From positions 208,577 through 272,576 of the IMG/VR virus record IMGVR_UViG_3300023174_000042: 64,000 nt of DNA. The stretch is one strand, 5' to 3'. The notes under the pieces were generated by a model. That model was given only the letters and a program-made list of their open reading frames with translations. It did no database searches and was not told the DNA's origin. Position numbers and translations under genes: made by a program. Shown here one piece after another: positions 48,186 to 58,032 of the stretch; positions within the stretch are counted from its first letter, which is position 1, and each line of letters starts with the position of its first letter.

Positions 48186-49099
48186 GCAAACATTTTGTAT
48201 TCTCTTTCTCGTCTTGGTTTTAATCCAGGATAGTTATCAAATAAATTTTCACTAGTAACCAATATTTCTTTTTTTGCACCCTCAATGTCCCCTTTTTTTA
48301 GAAGTTGGATAAAATTTGATGTTCTTATTCCAGGACCCATATTAAATGTTATTGACACCATTGCGTCATACATACCTTGAGTTATCTGTGGTTTTATTCC
48401 TTTTTCTTCCCAATCATCAAGTATTTTATTAATTATATTTTCAGCTTTTTCAATATCATCTTTTAACAAAATCTCTGCCTGATCTTTTGTGATTTTTGTT
48501 TTACCTGAAATTATTTTGTTATAGTTTGGAAGAAAATCATATCCTTCTTTTTCTTTTTTGAATACAGCATGTCCATATCCGATTGTTTTTGCCTTATCCC
48601 CCAAATTATAAGCAACTAAAACTGGCTCACCTTTGTGTTTTAATGAACCTTCTTCCCATTTTAAATGATTATATAAGTCTTTTGAAGATTTTCTAATTTT
48701 TAGATCTTGTATTGGTTTTGTTAAAACTTCTTTTTCAAATTTTATTGCTTTTTCTACTGGAGGGTCAAGATAATTTTTTATTTGACCAACACTTAAAAGT
48801 CCGACCAGTGAAAATATGACATACTGAAATATTTTTCTTTTAACTTTGGATGGTAGATTTTTTATTTTATTAGATAGGGTATTTAAAAATTCTTTCGCAT
48901 CTTCTTTTGTTTTAACCCAATTTTTTGATTTGTCAATATCTTTTTTAACATCAGTAAAATCCCACTCCATATCAGGTTCAGTTTTACCATCATCTTCAGA
49001 AATTAAAGACAATTTGAAAACAAGATCATCAAGAACTTGTTCATAAATTAATTTAGATTGTATTGAGATATATTGATCTTCGGTTATTAAAACTTTCAT
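48182..49099 (-). CDS. leader-bearing phage lysozyme (GH24-like) with TM segment
   Basis: WEEG..AY..D..TIGYGH, YDAMVSITFNMG, GLKPRREREY. Confidence 0.85.
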   Translation of the reverse strand: MKVLITEDQYISIQSKLIYEQVLDDLVFKLSLISEDDGKTEPDMEWDFTDVKKDIDKSKNWVKTKEDAKEFLNTLSNKIKNLPSKVKRKIFQYVIFSLVGLLSVGQIKNYLDPPVEKAIKFEKEVLTKPIQDLKIRKSSKDLYNHLKWEEGSLKHKGEPVLVAYNLGDKAKTIGYGHAVFKKEKEGYDFLPNYNKIISGKTKITKDQAEILLKDDIEKAENIINKILDDWEEKGIKPQITQGMYDAMVSITFNMGPGIRTSNFIQLLKKGDIEGAKKEILVTSENLFDNYPGLKPRREREYKMFA

Positions 49100-49120
49100 A
49101 TTAATAAATATAAAAGAATT

Positions 49121-49483
49121 CTAAACATACTGAATCTTTGAAATACAGACTCCATTAATTCCGAAAAACTCTAATTCGTCTGATAACAATTTTTCATTTG
49201 CCCAGTTTCTGAGTCGATCATTTAATCTTCTTCTATTACTTCCAATATAAAAAGGAAATCTTGTGTTTTTCAAATCCACTTTGACATCAACTTCATAACA
49301 ATATTTTTGATTATTGAGGTAAGACCATCTGTTGAGATATTTTCTAATATTTACAACCTCACATTCAACTTCATCTTTCCAAATTTTAAAAGTAAGCTGA
49401 ATTGTTTTTTTCTTTAAAAGTTTTTTAACTCTTTTAATATGTTCATCTTTAATTATATAACCTTCTTTATGTCTGTGTTCCAT
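49121..49483 (-). CDS. hypothetical protein
   Basis: TATCTTTG upstream. Confidence 0.65.
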   Translation of the reverse strand: MEHRHKEGYIIKDEHIKRVKKLLKKKTIQLTFKIWKDEVECEVVNIRKYLNRWSYLNNQKYCYEVDVKVDLKNTRFPFYIGSNRRRLNDRLRNWANEKLLSDELEFFGINGVCISKIQYV

Positions 49484-49510
49484 AGAACAAAGATAAGAAA
49501 AAAAATTAAA

Positions 49511-50464
49511 TCAACGAATTTTTTTTTTCAAATTTTCAAGTTTTGCTTTTTTTAATGCGCTTTCCAAAACTGAAATTTGTTGAGTGGAAGTTAATTGATT
49601 GATTTTATTGTAATCAATGGTTTTTATTTCTTTTGGTTTTATTTCCTTTGGTCCATTTTGAAAAATAACATTTAGCATTTTATGTTTTTTTTCTTTAATG
49701 TCCTGTTCTAAACTAATTTTGTCAATCACATCTTCGACTATTGGATCTGACAATGTTTGAGTTTCTTTATTATAGATCTGATAACTTCCAGTTTTTAATT
49801 CATCAAGAATTGGTTGGTTTTTTTTGTTCTTACTTAAAGTAAAATATCTACCCCTAAGTTGTGAAGCATATCCAGTGTCAGGTCTCATTGTTAAACTTTG
49901 AGAATGTAATCTCCTATGAAATAAAATTTCAGAAGTCAAATGAACTTTTCTTTTAGCACCATATAATCTGGCCATAAAATCAGAATCAGCGGCAACTTTC
50001 CAACCTTCAAAGCCGTTCATTGCCAAAAATAAGTCTTTTTTTATCCCAAAAACTCCCTCACCATATAAATTATGTCCTTCTATGTATTCTCTTTTGTTTT
50101 CGTTATCTTTAAAATTCACAAATTTTGGTTTGACACATTCAAAATTATTTAACTTTTCACTAACAATTTTTAATAAGTTTGGCATCATAACATCATCTGA
50201 ATCAAAGAAAAAAATCTTATCGTATTTAGATAACTCACTCAAAGTGTTTTTTATAATATACGGACCATAATTTTCAATAAAATAAAAAAATTTAAAGTTG
50301 TCGGGGTAATTTCTTCCCTTTACATAAGTTAAAGTGCTAACACAACTATCAATACCAAATAAAACTTCATATTCACCATTAAAATTGTTTTTTAAAATTG
50401 AATTTATTAACTCATCTAAAAAATCAACAGAATTAAAGGTTGGTATTATAATACTTAAACTCAT
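49511..50464 (-). CDS. glycosyltransferase family 2
   Basis: LSIIIPTFN, FFDSDD, GF..W...ADSDF. Confidence 0.85.
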   Translation of the reverse strand: MSLSIIIPTFNSVDFLDELINSILKNNFNGEYEVLFGIDSCVSTLTYVKGRNYPDNFKFFYFIENYGPYIIKNTLSELSKYDKIFFFDSDDVMMPNLLKIVSEKLNNFECVKPKFVNFKDNENKREYIEGHNLYGEGVFGIKKDLFLAMNGFEGWKVAADSDFMARLYGAKRKVHLTSEILFHRRLHSQSLTMRPDTGYASQLRGRYFTLSKNKKNQPILDELKTGSYQIYNKETQTLSDPIVEDVIDKISLEQDIKEKKHKMLNVIFQNGPKEIKPKEIKTIDYNKINQLTSTQQISVLESALKKAKLENLKKKIR

Positions 50465-51378
50465 CTGTTTCTTTTTTTGTTTTTAGATAAAATTTTATTT
50501 AAAAATTCAGTATTTGTTTTTGAATTATTTGATCTGTTTTCCTGTGGTTTAGACACAATAGATACATGTCTTTGAGCATTGAATATTTGATTTACTTTAT
50601 CATAGTTTATTTCTTTTTTTGTCCTTTCTAAAGTTTTTTTGATTTGTATTTCTTCTCGTTCTTGTTTAATTGACCTGATAAGATCATCTTTATTTTCATT
50701 TTGCGGGTTAAAGATTTCATTGACAATTTTTGTTTGTATGCCATCAGATTTTGATTCAGTATCATAAATTGTTGATTTTTGAGGTTGATACTTTAAAAAA
50801 TCACCTGAATGCGTTATACAGATTATTTCAATATTATTTTCAATACAATATTTCCCAATCCAAATATCCGCCATATTTGGATACAAGAAAAAATTTATTG
50901 GTATTTTCATCAAATTGGTATGAAAACACATCACACCTGTCCCTCCAAACTGAACTAAAACATTTTTTCTTTGTGGTTTAAGACAATGATAATTTTCAGA
51001 ATAAGAATTATAATATGAGTTTATCGGAAATGATGGGAAGTTTCTACCATGTAGAGTTATAACTCTTTTATTCGAGTATTCTTTACATCTACTTACCATA
51101 TAATTCACATAATTAGGAGGATATATTAAATCATCATCAATTGTTAGATAATAACCATCCGACTCCATTAATTTACCAAATTTTAAAGCATCACCATAAC
51201 TATTGTCGGAAAAAAATAAATTTATCTTACTATCTAATAATTTTTCAGGTATTTCACCTATATGATCATTTAAAAAAATATTAATCTCGTCACATTGATC
51301 GTATATTGAATTTATTGTATTTACTAAACTACCGATTCTATTATATGATGCAACATTTACTATAGTTTTTTCACTCAT
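50461..51378 (-). CDS. GT-A fold glycosyltransferase
   Basis: TIDDDLIYP, GTGVMCF, NMADIW. Confidence 0.8.
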   Translation of the reverse strand: MSEKTIVNVASYNRIGSLVNTINSIYDQCDEINIFLNDHIGEIPEKLLDSKINLFFSDNSYGDALKFGKLMESDGYYLTIDDDLIYPPNYVNYMVSRCKEYSNKRVITLHGRNFPSFPINSYYNSYSENYHCLKPQRKNVLVQFGGTGVMCFHTNLMKIPINFFLYPNMADIWIGKYCIENNIEIICITHSGDFLKYQPQKSTIYDTESKSDGIQTKIVNEIFNPQNENKDDLIRSIKQEREEIQIKKTLERTKKEINYDKVNQIFNAQRHVSIVSKPQENRSNNSKTNTEFLNKILSKNKKRNR

Positions 51379-52067
51379 GAAGTAATTAATTTATTTTTCT
51401 CTCTTTCGACTTTATTCATTTTAGACTCGTGATTTCCGTGATTAACTAATGAATTTTTAACGTGATATAAAAATTTACCACTACTATTTAATCTTTGGGT
51501 TATTTGATGTCCAACACCAGAACTTATATTTGGATTATTTAACCATCTACTTTCATTAATTTTATCAATCCTATAATTAAGTGTTTCAAAAAATTTTTTT
51601 TCACAAATAAAACATAAATCATTCCATTGTGTTTGTAAAAACTCACCAAAATCTTTAGGGTTACTATATCCCCAATGTGATCTTTTGATTCTATCATCTG
51701 TGAGTATACTTAAACATATTTTTTTTGTTGATGTTATTGAATCGTAGATACGTTTGGATTCATCAAAAAAATTATTAACTAAAGAAACATCATCAGGAAG
51801 ATAAATAAAATACTTAGAGTTTATGTTTTTAACAAAGCTAAATGTTGCGTTAAAAGTAACATAATATTTTCTTTTTCCCATATTTGGAAAAATTCCAATT
51901 TTGATAACATCTCTATTAGTAAAATCCAATTTTTCAGTGCTTCCATCATCAAAAACAACAACAAGAACTTTATAATTTTTTTTATTAGATTCAATATCAT
52001 CTAATAACCTATATAACATTTCAGGTCTATTGTAAGTTGTAATTAAAACACAAAAATCATATTCCAT
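51375..52067 (-). CDS. glycosyltransferase family 2-like
   Basis: LITTYNRP, FDDGS, LPDD. Confidence 0.8.
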   Translation of the reverse strand: MEYDFCVLITTYNRPEMLYRLLDDIESNKKNYKVLVVVFDDGSTEKLDFTNRDVIKIGIFPNMGKRKYYVTFNATFSFVKNINSKYFIYLPDDVSLVNNFFDESKRIYDSITSTKKICLSILTDDRIKRSHWGYSNPKDFGEFLQTQWNDLCFICEKKFFETLNYRIDKINESRWLNNPNISSGVGHQITQRLNSSGKFLYHVKNSLVNHGNHESKMNKVEREKNKLITS

Positions 52068-52069
52068 AA

Positions 52070-52690
52070 TCATCCATTTAATATTAAATTGCATTTATTA
52101 ATAAAATAAACATCTTTTTTACCAAATCTTGATTCAAAAGCGTGGTATGTGTTATTACTGTAAGTAGTTCCATAACCAAAACTATGATTCCCATCAAGAT
52201 CAAAATTAACTATCTCAGCGTGATTTGGTAATAATAAATTAACAGGTAAACCTTTTTCTTTTGCAATGTGTGACAGTTCTCCACCACAGTCAGATCTTTG
52301 GGTCGTATTAAATGATGGTCTACCCAATATATTATAAGTTCTAATACTAAAAACCAAAAATGATGGGGCAGCATAAATAAATTTATTATGTGGGAATTTA
52401 AGTTTTGGGGCAACTTGAGCGTTACCAAATAACCCATCGTTTTTTTTTGCCCAATCAACAGCAAGAGGTATTATTTTTTTATTTAATGGAATTGCATCAA
52501 TATCAAATAAAACAATAATTTTATCAGGATCATTTATATTTTTTAAATAATTGTCAACCGCATCACCATGTGTCGTCCAGTTATCAACCATCATTTGATT
52601 TATTGTAAAACCATATCTTTCAAAAACTCTTCTTTGTAAATCAACAATTAATGGTTTTATTTTTTTGTCGTAAAATGTTATAATTTCCAT
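52070..52690 (-). CDS. GT-A fold glycosyltransferase-like protein
   Basis: LFDIDAIPL DxD motif. Confidence 0.65.
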   Translation of the reverse strand: MEIITFYDKKIKPLIVDLQRRVFERYGFTINQMMVDNWTTHGDAVDNYLKNINDPDKIIVLFDIDAIPLNKKIIPLAVDWAKKNDGLFGNAQVAPKLKFPHNKFIYAAPSFLVFSIRTYNILGRPSFNTTQRSDCGGELSHIAKEKGLPVNLLLPNHAEIVNFDLDGNHSFGYGTTYSNNTYHAFESRFGKKDVYFINKCNLILNG

Positions 52691-53437
52691 CTATCTTAAA
52701 TATTCTTTTATTTTTTCTAACCAATTTTCTTTTTGAGAATATTTGGTGTTTTTACCAGGATTTTGATTTTTGATAAAAGGTGTGTCTTTCCAAAGAATTA
52801 AGATGTCTTTATTCATAGCACCCGCACAATGGGCTAATCCAGTATCATTTGATATGATTTTTTTAGCATCTCTAACAAGTGATAACGATTTTCTAATATT
52901 ACCTATTTCTATCTTATCACATATTTTTTCCATCCATGGATTTTGTTTCATATCCGATTCAGATCCTGTAAAATAAATTGGTAAATTGCTATTCTCTTTT
53001 ATTGTGTTGAATATTTCTTCAGGAATTTCTTTCTTACCATACCATTTTGGTTTAGGGTCATTGTCATCAAGCGATAAACCACCTAGACCATTTAATAATA
53101 ACAAATAATCTTCATCATTTTTTGGTATCTCTATTGCATTATCAACATATGTGTGATATTTTTCAGACCATTTTTCCCCAATCATTAATTCAAATGTATA
53201 TTGGTAGTCAGGGACATTTAAGTTAATCATTTTTGATGAGAATGTTGGCGGTCTATGCAATCTACCAATATGGTTCATAAAATTACAATCAATAAAACAT
53301 TCTTTAACGTAAGGTATGGTAAAATAAACATCAATTTTTTGACCAATTTTTTCAGATAACTTTTTTATCCCTGGAGTTAACATAATAAAATTACCTAAAG
53401 CGTATCCTGAATTTTGTTCGATTAATGGTCTTTTCAT
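52691..53437 (-). CDS. glycosyltransferase family 9-like (heptosyltransferase-like)
   Basis: LGNFIMLTP, ISNDTGLAHCAGA; start reassigned. Confidence 0.8.
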   Translation of the reverse strand: MKRPLIEQNSGYALGNFIMLTPGIKKLSEKIGQKIDVYFTIPYVKECFIDCNFMNHIGRLHRPPTFSSKMINLNVPDYQYTFELMIGEKWSEKYHTYVDNAIEIPKNDEDYLLLLNGLGGLSLDDNDPKPKWYGKKEIPEEIFNTIKENSNLPIYFTGSESDMKQNPWMEKICDKIEIGNIRKSLSLVRDAKKIISNDTGLAHCAGAMNKDILILWKDTPFIKNQNPGKNTKYSQKENWLEKIKEYLR

Positions 53438-53520
53438 ATTTTTATTATAATAAAATTCTTTTTTTAATATATACAAATAAATAATTTTTACATTCAAAAT
53501 AATTAAAGTAAAATTCATTT

Positions 53521-54102
53521 ATGTTAAATATTATTGCAGTAACTTATAACCATAAAGAATCCTTGAAGTGTTTTATCAATTCAATAAAAAATCAAACTAA
53601 TAATAATTGGACACTTTTTATTATTCACGACGGATTAAACCACACCCTTAAAGAAGAATTAACTAATGAAAATTATTTAAACGATAAAGTAATTTTTATT
53701 GAGCATCCAGTAAGAACTCAAAATTATGGTCATATACTTCGTAAGTGGTCTTTGGAAAATTTGAATCTAAATGGTAGAGTATTATTAACTAATGCAGATA
53801 ATTATTATACGCCAAATTTAGTTGATGAAGTTCTTAGCTATAGTGAAGATTTTATTTATTTCAATGTGATTCATTCTCATAAAAATAAAACCAATCATAA
53901 TAAATCAAACTATGGTTTTATGAACACAAAATTAGAACAAAGTAAAATAGATATGGGTTGTGTTGTGGTAAAATCTGAAATAGCAAAAAAAGTAGGTTTT
54001 AATTCGACTTCTTATGAAGCCGATTGGCATTATTTCGATGAAATATTAAAAACTAACCCGAGTATTTTAAAAATTGATAAAGTTTTATTTGTCCATAATT
54101 AA
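53521..54102 (+). CDS. glycosyltransferase family 2
   Basis: AVTYN, IIHDG, NADNYY, IDMG, ADW. Confidence 0.8.
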   Translation: MLNIIAVTYNHKESLKCFINSIKNQTNNNWTLFIIHDGLNHTLKEELTNENYLNDKVIFIEHPVRTQNYGHILRKWSLENLNLNGRVLLTNADNYYTPNLVDEVLSYSEDFIYFNVIHSHKNKTNHNKSNYGFMNTKLEQSKIDMGCVVVKSEIAKKVGFNSTSYEADWHYFDEILKTNPSILKIDKVLFVHN

Positions 54103-54416
54103 TTAGACTTATTTTTTTTCTTTCTCCCCTGACAATGCGCTCTCTGACTAAATCCTTTTGGGTTATTACAGTTGATTGATCTTTTATATTTTTCAGACCA
54201 CTTTTCTTCAATCGGTTCTTTAGATAATTTATTCTTCCAAAACTTGAATAGGTTTTCTTTATCATATTTACCCTTTTTTTGATCCCACCCACAATCATGG
54301 CAAAGAAAAGAATGTTTGTCATCATTCTCTTTTTTCCAAGAGTGTTCACACTTTTCACATTCAATCTTTTCGTTGAATATTCTATCTGCCTGTTTTTCTG
54401 AAATTAGTATTTTCAT
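54099..54416 (-). CDS. leader-bearing zinc-ribbon protein with C-terminal basic Cys peptide
   Basis: MKILISEKQ; CEKC..CHDC; IEE-KWSEKYKRSINCNNPKGFSQRAHC. Confidence 0.75.
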   Translation of the reverse strand: MKILISEKQADRIFNEKIECEKCEHSWKKENDDKHSFLCHDCGWDQKKGKYDKENLFKFWKNKLSKEPIEEKWSEKYKRSINCNNPKGFSQRAHCQGRKKKNKSN

Positions 54417-54709
54417 CTTCTTTTTTTAACTTTATTAAAACCATTTCTAATTTTTTCATTAAATTGACCACTAGATAACAATAAAAAATCAAATTTATCA
54501 GGTATTATCTTTGAATTTCTATATTCAAACTCCCTTCTAACTCTACTAATAATCCAATTTTCATAAACCCCAAAATTATCAGGTTTATTACCTGGTCCTC
54601 CTTTTTTAATATCATTATTAAGTTCAATAATAACCTCATCAATGATTTGACCTATTTCGGTTAATCTTCGTAATAATTTTATTTGATCTTCTGTTAATAC
54701 TATTTTCAT
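54413..54709 (-). CDS. leader-bearing hypothetical protein
   Basis: MKIVLTEDQIKLLRR. Confidence 0.75.
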   Translation of the reverse strand: MKIVLTEDQIKLLRRLTEIGQIIDEVIIELNNDIKKGGPGNKPDNFGVYENWIISRVRREFEYRNSKIIPDKFDFLLLSSGQFNEKIRNGFNKVKKRR

Positions 54710-55032
54710 TAGTAACAATTTTCAACTAAGTCATTATAAATACCAACTAAATAGTTATAGTATTTTTTGTCCATATAGTTTTCTACCTCATCACGAACTT
54801 CTACCATTGCTGGTGATGGTCCATCATAATCCTCATCTTCATCGTCTTCATCACAATATCCTTCATCACAGTAATAAAAATGAATTCCCTGCCCAATGCA
54901 AAAATCGGCGTAATCATCTTCATCTTCAAAATCACAAGGATCTTGTATTTCTGTTTGATATTCTATTATATCACCAATCTTTTCTAACTCAACACCTCGC
55001 CTAAGTAATCTAATAGGTATATCTAAATTCAT
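54709..55032 (-). CDS. acidic hypothetical protein
   Basis: 107-aa ORF. Confidence 0.65.
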   Translation of the reverse strand: MNLDIPIRLLRRGVELEKIGDIIEYQTEIQDPCDFEDEDDYADFCIGQGIHFYYCDEGYCDEDDEDEDYDGPSPAMVEVRDEVENYMDKKYYNYLVGIYNDLVENCY

Positions 55033-55895
55033 AACTTAATTTTTTCTTTGGTTTTATTGTCATAAATAGTAAATGGATTAGCAATTACCACCCAATCAAC
55101 ATGAGGATATTCATCTTCAGGTCTCCAAGCATATTTGTTAGTTTTAACTTGTATAGTTTTTAACCCAAAGTCAGGATGAGACATAATCAAATCAGTTCCA
55201 AATACCATATCAATTAAATCACCATTTCCACCACTATATTCCTCCGTAAACCCTTTTTTCTCCAATTCCTCTCTTACTTTATTTTCAGCCTCTTCACCAC
55301 TCTTAGTTGTTCCAAGAGTATTTTTTGTGTAATCGTTGAAAACTCTGGGATCGTCAAAATATTTATTGATTAATCTTTTAATAAAAGGTTTTAATTTGCT
55401 TAGTTCTTCTTTTGGATTTTCTATGACTTTTTGAATTATTGGTTGAGCTCTATTTCCTCCCATAAAAAGTAAATCGGTTACCAATTCACCCAAATCATAA
55501 TAGTTTGTGTTTAGTTTATTAATTGGTTGCCATTCTCCGTTGAAATAAACCAATTTACCTCCCATAACTTTATTTTCAATAAAATTGTTTTTTTCTTCTT
55601 CAGTAATTTTTCCTGCCGATTGTAACAAATTAGCACCTTCAATAAACTTTTTTTTCAATTCATCAGGTATATCTGTTTTTAAGTCTTTGATCTTATCTTG
55701 AATTATATTATTTAGATCCAAACCATAATACTTGTGAAGCCAAGATTTTAAAGTTATAATACTTTGACATAAATTATGTTTTTGTGACTTTTCGGGATAT
55801 CTTTGACAAGCACGATATTCTGATTCTGTAATTAATGGTGGAAGACCCATCAACTCACCAATTCTTGTTATTTCTTCGTTAATTAATTTATTCAT
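55029..55895 (-). CDS. leader-bearing protein with C-terminal PD-(D/E)XK-like nuclease motif
   Basis: EEITRIGELMGL..LITE; GEEAE..DMVFGTDLI..TIQVK. Confidence 0.6.
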   Translation of the reverse strand: MNKLINEEITRIGELMGLPPLITESEYRACQRYPEKSQKHNLCQSIITLKSWLHKYYGLDLNNIIQDKIKDLKTDIPDELKKKFIEGANLLQSAGKITEEEKNNFIENKVMGGKLVYFNGEWQPINKLNTNYYDLGELVTDLLFMGGNRAQPIIQKVIENPKEELSKLKPFIKRLINKYFDDPRVFNDYTKNTLGTTKSGEEAENKVREELEKKGFTEEYSGGNGDLIDMVFGTDLIMSHPDFGLKTIQVKTNKYAWRPEDEYPHVDWVVIANPFTIYDNKTKEKIKL

Positions 55896-56633
55896 TTATT
55901 TGAATGAAAAAGATTTATAGAAGTCTTCAACTTCATCTTCAATGTTTTGATAATGAGTTATTGTTAAAGTTTGATCTTCAAAATTGAATTTAATGTTTCC
56001 ACTTGATCCTTCATTTATTTCCCACCCAGCATGAAACAATTCTAAGACTTCATATGCAATATTTTCAAGTTCATTATTCATACCTTTACTTCCTTCATCA
56101 CTATCCACTTGGTCTTGAATCCAACCACTATCACCACTTCCGTCATAACTCATTTCAACATAAGAACCATATAAGTTTTTCATCTCATTTAAAAAATTTT
56201 CATCAGCAAGTTTTTTTACTTCTTGTTCTCCTCTTCTCCAAGAATTACTCATTTCAGATAAATCTTTGAATGATTTTTCTATCCTACTATCTTCATTTAT
56301 CATTGTGTAATAATAGTATTTCACAATCAACAGTTTCTTTTCAGCATTCACATATATCTGAAGACCTCCATTATAGTTGTCGTAGTAATCATTATAAAAA
56401 AGATCTGTATCAAAATTGTCTTTTATTTCTTCAAACAAAGGCCCTATTGATCCTGGTATAAAATCTAATTCATCTTTTACATTTTTATTTCTGTAATAAG
56501 GTCCTTCAGGTTCATAACCCTCCCACTCATCATAGTGTCTATACACATATTCAACACCATCTTCCATGTTTAAGGAATTCAATATTAAAGAAAATCTTCT
56601 TAAATCATTTTTTTGTTTGTCCGTTAATTCCAT
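55896..56633 (-). CDS. DUF6878-like protein
   Basis: YDGSGDSG..GWEINEGSSG. Confidence 0.6.
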   Translation of the reverse strand: MELTDKQKNDLRRFSLILNSLNMEDGVEYVYRHYDEWEGYEPEGPYYRNKNVKDELDFIPGSIGPLFEEIKDNFDTDLFYNDYYDNYNGGLQIYVNAEKKLLIVKYYYYTMINEDSRIEKSFKDLSEMSNSWRRGEQEVKKLADENFLNEMKNLYGSYVEMSYDGSGDSGWIQDQVDSDEGSKGMNNELENIAYEVLELFHAGWEINEGSSGNIKFNFEDQTLTITHYQNIEDEVEDFYKSFSFK

Positions 56634-56656
56634 CTAAACTTTTATTATAAATACTT

Positions 56657-57007
56657 TTAATCTTCAAACTTCAAATCGACCGTTCTTAACATCCACATTG
56701 GTTTTTCTTTAACATCCAAATTCATTACCCATTCTTTGGCTGATGGTATATAATTATAAAGATCTTCACGACAATGATCCTCACCGACATATCTAGTATA
56801 AACCGTTTTACCATCACTGTTTATGAATGACTCTCCAAATCTTTTTTCACATTCAAATATACCTTCCGAATGGTGTCTCCACATTCTGTGTAATGAATTT
56901 CCATACCAGCTCTTGGTCTCATCAAACCAATTATGTATATGAATGTAGTCTTCTATTTTTCCTCCGTATTTTTTAACGGAACTTTTTGCATGAATTAAAG
57001 GGTGCAT
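56657..57007 (-). CDS. DUF6915-like protein
   Basis: HPLIHAKSS.K.YGG..IHNWFD..HR..RHHSEGIF. Confidence 0.65.
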   Translation of the reverse strand: MHPLIHAKSSVKKYGGKIEDYIHIHNWFDETKSWYGNSLHRMWRHHSEGIFECEKRFGESFINSDGKTVYTRYVGEDHCREDLYNYIPSAKEWVMNLDVKEKPMWMLRTVDLKFED

Positions 57008-57011
57008 AGTT

Positions 57012-57779
57012 TTATATTTTTATTAGTTTATTTGATTTTTTCAAATTATCCTCTTTCCATAGTGGTTGTAAGTTTGTATAATGACACAATTTATATACCT
57101 CTTCTTCAGAATTGGCGGATGATAGTGGAATTATATGGTCAATGTGCCACTCATTTCTATTTTCCCAAGTCATACCATTTGAGAATTGTTTTTCTAAATG
57201 TTCTTTTAATTCTTTTGGGAAACAACCAATAATTTCAAAAGTTTTATTTTTTTTTGACATATTTTTTGTTTTCAAAAATTGGAGGAGTCTACCCCTACAT
57301 CTTCTTATTAAGTTTACTATCATGTCATTTTGATTTCTTTCGTAATTATACTTATTAATGTGTTCTCTATTATTTTTGTTCCATATTTTTTTGTAATTTT
57401 TTTTCCGTTCTTTATTTTTTTCAGACCATAATTTTACTCTTTTTTTATGATACTCTAAGTTATTGTAATAATATTTTTTTAATGTTTTTTTGACTTTTTC
57501 AGGGTTTTTTTTTCTATATTCAACACTTATTTTTATAAATTTATCAGGATTTTCGTTATAATATTTTTTTCTATAATTTTTTACTTTTTCTTGGTTTTCA
57601 TCCCTCCATTTTTTTTGTATTTCGTTCCGTATTTTTCTATTATTTTTGGAGTAATCTCTACTGTATTCATTTACACATAATTTACATTTTGATCTAAAAC
57701 CATTTTTAGTTTTAGAACATTTATGAAACTCACAAACTTCCTTAATAATACCACATTTACTACATTTTTTTGTTTCCAT
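57012..57779 (-). CDS. HNH homing endonuclease-like protein
   Basis: KKCSKC..CKLC, basic helical repeats, WHIDHIIPL..HYTNLQPLW..NL.K. Confidence 0.85.
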   Translation of the reverse strand: METKKCSKCGIIKEVCEFHKCSKTKNGFRSKCKLCVNEYSRDYSKNNRKIRNEIQKKWRDENQEKVKNYRKKYYNENPDKFIKISVEYRKKNPEKVKKTLKKYYYNNLEYHKKRVKLWSEKNKERKKNYKKIWNKNNREHINKYNYERNQNDMIVNLIRRCRGRLLQFLKTKNMSKKNKTFEIIGCFPKELKEHLEKQFSNGMTWENRNEWHIDHIIPLSSANSEEEVYKLCHYTNLQPLWKEDNLKKSNKLIKI

Positions 57780-57906
57780 AATGTTCTTGTAATAGTCTAT
57801 TTATTAATGCAGATTTATTGGTAAGATCTTTTTCTAATTTTTCATAAATCTCTATATTGAGAGTTATTGAGATTTTCTTTTTTGTAATTTTACCTTTTGT
57901 CTTCAT
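57760..57906 (-). CDS. small ribbon-helix-helix-like protein (48 aa, below ORF-track cutoff)
   Basis: MKTKGKITKKKISITLNIEIYEKLEKDLTNKSALINRLLQEHY; overlaps HNH start; TATTTAT upstream. Confidence 0.65.
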   Translation of the reverse strand: MKTKGKITKKKISITLNIEIYEKLEKDLTNKSALINRLLQEHYGNKKM

Positions 57907-58032
57907 ATATTATAAATATCTACTAGTTATGTAAAAATCATACTTTACATACTTTTTTAATTAATAATTGATAATTTTTATTATTATATTATTATAAAAT
58001 ATAAACTATTTATTTCAAAAAAGAAATTAATA

